A DNA stretch of 64,000 nt, from assembly GCA_043228905.1 (NCBI GenBank), contig JBHGNT010000001.1, forward strand, positions 13,950,001-14,014,000, in the 5' to 3' direction. A program made the position numbers and the translations under genes. This document shows, one piece after another, positions 36,810-46,900 of this stretch (position 1 is its first letter; each line of letters begins with the position of its first letter). Below the pieces are notes generated by a model. The model searched no databases and had not been told where the DNA came from. It was given only the letters and a program-made list of their open reading frames with translations. The DNA comes from Azolla caroliniana. Its lineage: Eukaryota > Plantae > Polypodiophyta.

Positions 36810-39514
36810 ATACCTCCGCTGGATATGCTTCTCCGGGAATGGTAGACCGCATTCTTAGCAAGGTGGATGGCACTTTGATTGTTGCAGTAGAGTCGGTATT
36901 CCTCTTGCCGGATACCGAGCTCTCCGATGAAGTCCTTTATCCATAATATTTCCTTGCCGGCTTCCACAACCGCCATGTACTCCGCCTCTGTGGTTGACAA
37001 TGCAACCGTCTTCTGCAGCCTCGACTGCCACGAAACAACTCCCCCTACATATGTCATTACATACCCGGATGTAGACCGGTTGGTATCCACATCAGCTGAC
37101 ATGTCCGAATCGGTGAAACCGTCCAGTTGAGGTTTTCCGGAGCCGAATCGGAGACACATATTTGAAGTGCCCTTCAAATACCGGAGTATCCACTTGACCG
37201 CGTTCCAGTGCTCCTTGCCGGGATTGCTCATAAACCAGCTCACCACTCCGACTGCGTATCCAATGTCCGGTCGGGTACAAACCATTGCGTACATCAAGCT
37301 CCCGACGGCAGAGGCATATGGAATCTTCATCATATCTGCCTTCTCTCCTCTCGTCTTCGGGCTTTGCTTGCCGGACAGCTTGCAGTTTGCCGGAAGTGTC
37401 GATCCGACTGGTTTTGCTTCTAACATGTTGAACCGATGAAGCACCTTTGTCACATACTTCTCCTGTGATAGCCATAATTGTTTCACTGACCGGTCCCGAA
37501 TGATGTGCATCCCCAGCATCTGTCTTGCCAGACCCAAGTCTTTCATTGAGAAGGTCTGGTTGAGAGCCTTCTTTAGCATCCGTATTTTACCTTGGTCTCG
37601 TCCGACGATCAACATGTCATCCACGTACAGGAGGAGTATCAGGAAGTCGCCTCCTTCAAACTTCTTCACAAACACGCAGTGATCGGCCTGCGTCTTGTGG
37701 TACCCTTGATCGGTCATGAAGGAGTCGAACTTCCGGTACCATTGCCGGGGAGCCTGCTTCAGTTCGTACAGGCTCTTCTTCAATCGGCATACCAGGTGCT
37801 CCTTCCCTTTCTCCACAAATCCTTCCGGTTGCTGCATGTAGATCTCCTCTTCGAGGTCGCCGTGAAGGAATGCCTTCTTCACGTCCAGCTGCTCTACCTC
37901 GAGGTCCATGCTTGCTGCTATATTCAGCACCGTCCGGATGGAGGTCATCTTTACTACCGGGGCAAATATCTCGTCGAAGTCCACGCCCTTCTTCTGTTGG
38001 AACCCCTTCACCACGATCCTGGCTTTGTATCTCGGGGGGTTGCCGACATCTCCCGGTTTCAACTTGTACACCCGCTTGTTTCGGAGTGCCCGCTTTCCTT
38101 TCGGCAACTCCACCAATTCGTACGTATGGTTCTCATGCAGGGAATCCATCTCATCCTGCATGGCACTTAACCATTTTCGGCTGTGGGTGTCCTCCTTCGC
38201 TTCTTCGAAGCTTTCCAGCTCCCCCTCATCGGTCAGCAGAACATGCTCTGCATCCGGAAATCTCCGGGGGGCCCTTCTCTCTCTGAGAGGATATCTCTGT
38301 CTTCGGGCTTCGGTAATCGGCTCCTCCATTTGCTCTTCATCCGAATCCGATTCGGGGTCTTGGCCGGTTCCGGTCTCAGCTTCCTCTACTTCTTCTTCTG
38401 TCGGTTCGGTATCCTCACCGTAACCGGCTGGTTCCTCGAGTGCTAGCCGGTCTCTTGCCGGTTGGGTCTGCTCATCGTAGAGTCTATCCTTACCGTTCGA
38501 CTCAGAGTTCATTATCTTCTTCTCCGACTCCCAGTCGGCAAGCGTCTTGTCCGCCGTGAAGATAATATCTCGACTCCAGAATACCTTCTTGTCGACCGGG
38601 TCCCACACTCGGTAGCCGAACTCATCGTCACCGTAACTGAGGAATATGCATGGCAGGGTCTTTGGATCTAACTTTCCTCTCCGGTCCTTTGCTACATGCA
38701 CGTACGCGAGACACCCGAACACCTTCAGATGCCGATAGGATACTTCCTTACCGGTACACACTCTCTGTGGCGTGTCTCCGTCCAAGGGTACTAAGGGAGA
38801 TCTGTTTATCACGTATGTCGCCGTCGACAGTGCCTCAGCCCAAAACTTCTTGGGTAGGTTTGCATGCGCTAGCATACTCCGGACCCTCTCCATTATGGTC
38901 CGGTTCATCCTCTCGGCCAGTCCGTTTAGTTCCGGCGTCTTCGGCACGGTAAATTCGAGCCGGATTCCCTTCGAGCGGCAGTACTCCTCGAACTGCCCCT
39001 GGTACTCTCCTCCGTTACCTGCTCGAACCGCCTTCAGCTTCCGGCCGGTTTCTCTTTCCACTCTTGCGTGGAGCTCTTTGAAGACGGATAACACCTGATC
39101 CTTTGTCTTCAACGGTGTGGCCCACAGCTTCCGGCTGTGGTCATCTATGAACGTCACGAAGTAATGCGCTCCGGCATGTGACTTCGTGTCTACTTGACAC
39201 ACATCCGTATGCACCAACTCCAGTGGTGCATTACGTCTCATCGGTGGCCTTGGTCGGAAGGAGGTCCGGTTGTGCTTACCGGCCAGACAGTCAGTGCACT
39301 TCTCTAAGTGCACGTTCTTCACTGGAATGAGGTTGTCGTCTGCAAGCCTCTTCATCCCCTTCTCGCTCATATGACACAACCTCTTGTGCCACAGCTCACC
39401 GGCAGTGTCGGATGCCACGTTCACTTCTTCCGGACATAACCGGGCATTCATCAGGTACAGTGTGTTTACCTTCCGGGCCCGAGCCACAATCAGGCTCCCT
39501 TTGCTGAACTTCAT
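36788..39514 (-). CDS. Copia B Pol fragment (INT-RT-RNase H), interrupted by element C
   Basis: 908-aa ORF. The upstream protease piece (39599-39805) is in the same frame but separated by a TGA. Confidence 0.85.
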   Translation of the reverse strand: MKFSKGSLIVARARKVNTLYLMNARLCPEEVNVASDTAGELWHKRLCHMSEKGMKRLADDNLIPVKNVHLEKCTDCLAGKHNRTSFRPRPPMRRNAPLELVHTDVCQVDTKSHAGAHYFVTFIDDHSRKLWATPLKTKDQVLSVFKELHARVERETGRKLKAVRAGNGGEYQGQFEEYCRSKGIRLEFTVPKTPELNGLAERMNRTIMERVRSMLAHANLPKKFWAEALSTATYVINRSPLVPLDGDTPQRVCTGKEVSYRHLKVFGCLAYVHVAKDRRGKLDPKTLPCIFLSYGDDEFGYRVWDPVDKKVFWSRDIIFTADKTLADWESEKKIMNSESNGKDRLYDEQTQPARDRLALEEPAGYGEDTEPTEEEVEEAETGTGQDPESDSDEEQMEEPITEARRQRYPLRERRAPRRFPDAEHVLLTDEGELESFEEAKEDTHSRKWLSAMQDEMDSLHENHTYELVELPKGKRALRNKRVYKLKPGDVGNPPRYKARIVVKGFQQKKGVDFDEIFAPVVKMTSIRTVLNIAASMDLEVEQLDVKKAFLHGDLEEEIYMQQPEGFVEKGKEHLVCRLKKSLYELKQAPRQWYRKFDSFMTDQGYHKTQADHCVFVKKFEGGDFLILLLYVDDMLIVGRDQGKIRMLKKALNQTFSMKDLGLARQMLGMHIIRDRSVKQLWLSQEKYVTKVLHRFNMLEAKPVGSTLPANCKLSGKQSPKTRGEKADMMKIPYASAVGSLMYAMVCTRPDIGYAVGVVSWFMSNPGKEHWNAVKWILRYLKGTSNMCLRFGSGKPQLDGFTDSDMSADVDTNRSTSGYVMTYVGGVVSWQSRLQKTVALSTTEAEYMAVVEAGKEILWIKDFIGELGIRQEEYRLYCNNQSAIHLAKNAVYHSRRSISSGGIVRCKGP

Positions 39515-40050
39515 GACACCGTTCCAGATGCTACCCGTGTAGCCTTCATCATCTAGCCGACCGACTGATATCAGGTTTAGACGAACTTTCGGAACGTGTC
39601 AGACATCCTTCAGCAGCAACTTGCATCCGGTTGGTGTTGTCAGCCACACGTCTCCTATGCCGACAATTCGGCATGTACCTTCATTCCCCATCCGGACACA
39701 GCCGTGATCACCGGTTGAGTAGGATGAGAAGCATTTCCGGTCCGGGGTAAGGTGGAACGACGCTCTGATACCACTTGTCAGGAACCCAACGTTCCTTATG
39801 CGCAACGCTCAGCCACAACCGAGATTATTTTCATACACAGAAAATAGGAAATAGAACACGACACAAAGAGGAAGACAAATACACAGGAGGTTTATGTGGA
39901 AAACCCCAAACTAGGGGAAAAACCACGGCAGCCCATGGGCTGCAAACTGTCACTATGTAAGAATGTACAAAACTGTGAGTTCACGGAGGCAACGACCTCG
40001 TGCTCATGATCTTCGCCACAGGCGGCGGTTACAACAGAGGCAAAGACCTC

Positions 40051-40093
<43 letters not shown>

Positions 40094-40253
40094 CAGTTGC
40101 GCACTCTCTCTTCTTCTTGCACCAACAAGGAAGAATAACAACTACATACTTAGTTTGCCCTAAGTCATATTTATATTAATATGACTTTTCGGCTATTTAC
40201 AAATGTAGCCACGATGGGCTCTCAGAAACATATTTACGAATATGTCTCTTCCT

Positions 40254-40545
40254 CCGGTTCATACCGAGTCTGCACCATCCGGCTCTCCGTAGCCGGGTAC
40301 TCCTCATCCGGTTCATACCGGGTCTGCATCATCCGACTCTCTGTAGCCGGGTACTCCTCATCTGGTTCGTACCGGGCCTGCACCATCCAGTTCATACCGG
40401 GTCTGCATCATCCGGCTCTCCGTAGCCGGGTACTCCTCATCCGATTCATACTGGGTCTGCATCAACCGGCTTTCCGTAGCCGGGTACTCCTCATCCGGTT
40501 CATACCGGGTCTGCATCATCCGACTCTCCGTAGCCGGGTCCACCT
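40254..40545. repeat. CCGG-rich mini-hairpin array in the Copia B 5' LTR
   Basis: Same A/B units as the other LTR but in the order ABABAABABAB. Confidence 0.85.
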
Positions 40546-42693
40546 CGTACGGTTTCAGCCTCGGCCGAGTCTATTCATCGACACTGTTCTTCTCTCTTCC
40601 CATCCGGAGGGACCTGTCTCCCAACAGTTCTCCCATATCTGAAGCAAGACATCAGAGAGACGTTGATATGCTGCATCATAAAGTCGGTTGCATCGACATT
40701 TCCATAATGCCCATAACGTTATTATAGTCATTGTTTTCCATACCTAGACAGATCCCATCTGCTTTCGAGGTTGTTGAAAGGAGTTGACCAATATCAATCT
40801 TCTACTATGTACCATCATTTCCTCTTGAACATAGTTAGCCTCATACAACATCAAACTGGAATGTAACACTCCCCACATCGCTGATCCCCATGAAAATAGG
40901 CAGCCGCATTGATTGTTAAAAATAACGAAAGAACTTTATTCCATACTTGTTGAGCCAAGGGACAAGACCAAAAGGCATGATTGGTAGTCTCCTGAGCTTC
41001 ATGGCAAAAGTCACATTGTCGAAGATTGGGTGTTACATTCTCTTTCAATGAGTGACCAACTGGTAAGGCCGTATGCATTAATAACCATATGAAGAGAATA
41101 AATTTAGTTGGCCCCTTGAATGACCAAATCCATCTCCAGTAGGTTTTCAAATGCCAAGTTGAAACCCCCCAACTGGTCCAATGTTTCTGAGCTGCTGGTA
41201 TCCTTGCATTTCGAGAGAGCAATAGTGCTCTTCCAAGTTTTACTGAGTATTGAAAGAATGGAATCTTTATGATCTGTTCACCCAAGGAATGTGACCAAAA
41301 CCAACCCCCCTCGGATCCCATGTTAATCTTGCAACCGGATCTTTTGCATATAACCACAAGATATCAAAACACATATGAGCAATTGAAGGATAAGGATCAA
41401 GCATCCATTTCTTTCCAATTTTAGCAACCATTTTGACTGGTGCACTTCACAAGTGTTGTAGATAACTGCACTCAAATATGTAAGGTTGTAATGTATGATT
41501 GTCTAAGACCTGAAAATAAGAAGCGCACTCGTTACTAGGTGAAACAGCCTTGACAACCATCAATGTGTCATGTATGAAGCATCCAAACCACATATGTTCC
41601 TTCTTGGGTTGAAAGGTTGTAGAAAACGAAGAATATGTTGCTGATATGCTAGCGGTCATTATCTTGGCACCGTGAACAAATTGTAAATGTGCAAGTCGAT
41701 CTTCTTGTGACATTTGTTGAAATTGAATCCAAGTTCTTACAGATGCATCAGGCCCGTTATCCAATTTTTGCCAAGGAAGGTGAGTTCTTAGGCCCACCAC
41801 TTTTCCTGCATTATCCCGAAATAAAGAATTATCAAGAAGAGGCTAATTAAGTAGTGCATCCCACATAGAAGGCTTGTCCTTAAGCAAGAATCACTTAATC
41901 ACATCCCACACCCTTATGATTCCTCACAAAAATCTATTAGATGCAAGATCCCACCTTAGTGTTTGTACATCATTCAAGAATAACCACTTTAAAGAGGGTG
42001 ACCAAACATCATCCGTTTTAGGACTTAACTACATCAACTGATTTAGAAATATTCCTTTCTAGCTTCTGATCTTGGCAACAATCCTCTGATCACAAACTTA
42101 GTCAAAAGGGCTCTTGAATGCATTAAAGGATTCATTAAACCCAACCCTCCATTGCTTTTAGGTTGGATTAACACATTCCAAGCAACTTTGGCTACTATTG
42201 GAGATCCTTGTTTCCCCCCCCAAAGAGAATTTCGAATCAAACTTTGCACTTTGGTTATTGCAGATCTAGAAAATAGCCAAATAGATGTTATAAACCACAT
42301 TGAAGCCAGAGATACAGAGTTTACTACTACAACCCGACCTGCAAAGGACAATTGTTGGGCATCCCAATGTAGTAGTTTACATTTTATTGACAATAGTAAT
42401 GGCGATAGCATTGCATCTGGCCACAAATCTATACTAACCATACATCCTAAATAACGAACTAATTCACCATTATGATGTCAAGATTCGAACTCTTGACACG
42501 ACCATGTTATAATCTAGTATTATGAGTTAACCAAGATATCTAGTACTAGTTATGTATATAATTGGTCCTTATTATTTTGCTAGCATCATGTGCATAGTTG
42601 CTCCCTTGTAGTATTTACACTTGGCACATGCATGCATACCTACATGCTCTATTGTAGATTCACATGCGTGCAACAAGTATGCATGCCATGTAG

Positions 42694-42842
42694 TATAAAT
42701 AGAGGAGTTCACCTTGAAGGAAAATCAAGGTGAACAACACCAGTTATGGAGTCTTTCCTTTAATACTATCTTCTTTCTTGTCCATTTGGTTATCTTCTTG
42801 CTTGTCTCTTGAGTTTATGATTCGTGACAGTTTGTTCACCTT
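42694..42842 (+). promoter_or_regulatory. LTR TATA box, predicted TSS and self-complementary PBS
   Basis: TATAAATA at 42694-42701. AAGGTGAACAA (42727-42737) is the exact reverse complement of TTGTTCACCTT (42832-42842), 2 nt after the LTR. No TGG-starting tRNA PBS. Confidence 0.75.
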
Positions 42843-43868
42843 CCCATCCTCATAGCTCTCCCTCTCATAAGCCATAGCTATGTCCGACTCAACTAGTGAG
42901 TTAGGCCAAATAATGGTAGCCTTACGACAACTACAACTTGAAAATGAAGCTCTTCAAAATTCTTTACAAGAACTTCAAGTCGGTACCTCCCTATCCTCAC
43001 AACCCCCGAACCCTAGTCTCCCACAACAACCTAGCCTAGAGCCCGATCTTCTACCAACATCTAGCCTAGCTTCGTCACAGTTTCTTGAGCCTAAGGTTAG
43101 CCTCCCAGAAAAAATTGATGGAACGAGGTCGCGTTTCCGAGGGTTCATCAACCAAGTTCAACTTATCATTCGGCTACAACCTCAACGTTATGGAGATGGT
43201 CTTCTACAAGTTGGCCTTGTGGGCACCCTTCTCTCCGGTCCGGCCCAAGCTTGGTTTGCACCATTGGTTGAAACCTCATCACCTTTATTGGAGGACTTTC
43301 CCGCCTTCCTTGCCGAGTTAGAGGCCACATTTGGAGAGACGGACCGACGACGTACAACTCTTAACAAGATTTATGCACTCGAACAAGGTTCACGTGCAAC
43401 TTCGGTCTATGCTTCCGAATTTCGACAACTAGCATGCGACGTCAATTGGGATGATCAAGCTTTAGTTGATCACTTTCGGCGCGGTCTTCGAAGCAATGTC
43501 AAGAATCTTCTCTTAAACTTTCCGGAGCCCACCTCGTTATCCCAAGCGATTTCACAAGCAGTCCATTGTGACAATCGTCTTTTCGAATTTCGCTAAGAAG
43601 AGCGCCGGACTTGGGTTCCACCTCATTCACTTCCACGCCATGCCCTGGTCATACAACCCCAAGCATCCTCACACTCGCCTACTTCGGCAGATGCTCCTGT
43701 CCCCATGGAAATTGATCAAGCCCAATTTTGGCCATTGACTGATGTTGAACGACAATTTCGGCGGGCTAATGGCTTGTGCATGTATTGTGGCGCCTCTGGT
43801 CATGTCGTTCGCCATTGTCCTAGGAGTACTCGCCCACAATTCCATCGAGCTAACGGACCCCAACATCC

Positions 43869-43910
43869 GGGAAACGACATCGTTCGGTTGCAGTAGGAGC
43901 CATGCAAATG
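43869..43910 (+). other. -1 ribosomal frameshift signal (G GGA AAC + putative pseudoknot)
   Basis: Heptamer in the gag frame just before the gag TAG; pol is in the -1 frame. Downstream TTGCA...TGCAA and GTTC...GAGC pairings are possible. Confidence 0.7.
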
Positions 43911-46900
43911 GACATCTCCCGTCGCCCACATTCTCTTGGTTCCATTGCCGGACCATAAGGCAATTTCACATTGGAGGTATGGCTTTCGTTTAACTCTAGT
44001 TCCATTCAGTCTGTTGCTTTACTTGATTCTGGGGCATCTTCTTGCTTCATCGACGTCGCGTTTGCCCAAGCACATGGCGTACCTGTCGTTGGCCTCTCAA
44101 AACCCATTCCAGTTGAAGCCATCGACGGGTGCGTCCTCTCGTCAGGTGCAATTACCCAAGCTACAATCCCATTAGGGCTTCGGGTGGGCTCACACCAAGA
44201 GGAGCTCACCTTTTACCTCATCGCATCTCCTCGACATCCGATCATCTTAGGACTAACGTGGTTGGAGGCGCACAATCCAATAGTGGATTGGTGCAACCGC
44301 TCGATCACATTTAGCAAGCCATGATGCTCGTGCAAAAGTATGAAGGTAAATTCAGTTTCCTATCCTTCAGAGACGGTCGACTCCGAATTGACTACCCCAT
44401 CATCGGTCTAGGATGGGTTTGTTTGTGGCGCCATTTCTAACACACTCCATGTTATTCCCGAATAATACCAACACTTCTCCGATGTATTTGAAAAATGTAA
44501 TGTTGATCGTTTGCCTGAACACCGGCTCTACGACTGTCCGATTGATCTTCAAGAAGGTGCGTGTCCACCCTTTGGTCCTCTATATGCGTTGTCTGCACCA
44601 GAGTTGAAGGCCCTTCGTGTGTATCTCAATGAGAACCTCGAGAAAGGATTTATTCAACCTTCTAAGTCACCAGCCGGGGCCCCCATTTTATTTGTGAAGA
44701 AGAAGGACGGCTCTCTACGCTTATGCGTCGACTACCGAGGTCTCAACAAACTCACTGTGCGAAACCGCTATCCGCTACCTCTGATCCCCGAACTCCTTGA
44801 TCGGCTCCGAGTTGCGCGTGTCTTCTCCAAAGTTGATCTGCGTGGAGTGTACAATCTAGTACGCATCAAGCCGGGGGATGAATGGAAAACCGCATTTCGA
44901 ACACGGTATGGGCATTTCGAATACAAGGTAATGCCTTTTGTTCTTACTAACACTCCCGCAGTTTTTCAACATATGATGAATGATATTTTCCGGGAATATC
45001 TTGATCTTTTTGTTGTCATTTACCTTGATGATATTCTCATTTTCTCGCCAAACATGGAGGCGCACACTCACCAAGTCCGATTAGTTCTTGCCAAACTTCG
45101 CGAGCATGGCCTTTATGCCAAAGGCGAGAAATGCGAGTTCGACCGTACCTCGATCGAATTTCTGGGCTACATCATCTCGCCCACTGGCATCACCATGGAT
45201 ATGAAGAAGGTCTCTGTCATTCAGGTGTGGGCGACTCCAAGGCGACTTAGAGATGTGCAATCCTTCCTCGGCTTCGCGAATTTTTACCGTCGCTTCATCA
45301 AGGGGTTTTCCACCCTAGCACAACCTCTTATCGCTCTCACCCATAAAGGCACTCCATTTTTATAGACCTCAGAGGCACAAAATGCGTTCGACTCACTCAA
45401 ACACGCATTCATCACTGCCCCGGTGCTGCTACATGCCGACCCCACAAAACCCTTCCAAGTCGAAACCGATGCCTCTGACTTTGCCATTGGCGCCATCTTA
45501 TCCCAGGCAGACAACAACAACCTAATGCACCCAGTGGTTTACTATTCCCGGAAATTTACGGCATCCGAAATCAATTATCCCATTTACGACAAGGAGCTTG
45601 CTGCTATCATTGCTGCCTTTGAAGAATGGCGACCCTACTTGGCCGGCGCACAACATCGTGTCCAGGTAGTGACTGATCATAAAAATTTAGTTTATTTTTC
45701 CACCACTCGTACTTTGAATCGAAGGCAGGCCCGTTGGTCGACATTTCTCGCCGACTACGATTTTGAGATCGTATTTCGACCTGGTGGCCAACATGGGAAG
45801 GCTGATGCCCTTTCTCGCCGAGCTGACCTTGCACTCCACCCTAGGGATGCTGCTTATGCCCAACAATCTAGACGTTTGTTGAAACCCGACCAATTGCATC
45901 TTTTTGCCACTTGTATATTGCAGGATGATTCTTTACTCCAACAAATCACTGATGCATCCAAGACCGATGCGTTCGCCAACGAGATTCGAGATAGTTTGCA
46001 AAACCCCTCCAAGGCGACCAAAAGGAAGGATCTTGACACCTTCACCATATAAGAGGGTTTGTTGTTCCGAGATCATCTCTTATACGTCCCAGAGGGCCCA
46101 TGTCGCACCCGGGTGTTGCGGGAATGCCACGATGACCCACTTGCAGGTCATTTCGGGGTCGCGAAAACCCTCGAGCTAATCTCTCGGGGGTATTGGTGGC
46201 CACAACCATGGAAGCTGGTCAAAGAATACATAAAGAGTTGTGAGGTTTGTGCTCGCTCCAAAGCCATTCATCATCGGCCATACGGCTTACTACAACCGCT
46301 TCCATGTCCTCGTCGTCCTTGGGCCTCTATCTCTATGGACCTGATAACTGATCTACCCTTGGTCAATAGCTATGACTCGGTGTTGGTCGTTGTCGATCGG
46401 TTTACGAAGATGGCTCACTTCACTCCATACTCCAAAACCATTTCCGGAGAAGGAATGGTGCATCTCCTACTCAACAATGTGGTACGCTTGCATGGACTCC
46501 CCGATGATGTCATCTCGGATCGCGGACCCCAGTTTGTCTCTCACTTCTGGCAGCGCCTGCTACAAACTTTAGGCATCTTTGTCAAGTTGTCCTCCTCTTA
46601 TCACCCCCAAACTGACGGGCAAACGGAGCGTGTCAACCAAATCCTTGAGCAGTATCTTTGGTGCTCGGTTAGTTACCAACAAGATGATTGGGTCAACTTA
46701 CTTTCGCTCGCGGAATTCGCCTACAATAATTCTCTCCATGCATCGACTGGCGTCACTCCCTTCTTTGCCAACTACGGTTTACATCCTCGCTTCAACATTT
46801 CCCTTCCTACCACTTCCGTGAACCCTTCGGCGGAGGATCGCGCCCGCATTTTGGAAGAACTACATCATGATTTATCCCTGGAGCTTAGTCTTGCTAGTGA

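Larger units (their letters stand above)
31473..40626 (-). mobile_element. Ty1/Copia element B, gag-deleted, hosts element C, inserted in LINE-b
   Basis: 5' LTR 39776-40626. 3' LTR ~31473-32277, missing ~17 terminal bp. PBS TGGTATCAGAGC at 39762-39773; PPT at 32278-32288. Pol ORF 36788-39514 has INT (HTDVC), RT (LYVDD) and RNase H (FTDSD, TEAEY). The RNase H tail resumes at ~32290-32451. Confidence 0.93.

Noticed and set aside
36900-39100. Many 60-190 aa plus-strand ORFs opposite Copia pol (similar ORFs at 12000-14700)
   Set aside because: Antisense shadows of GC-rich coding sequence with no recognisable domains.
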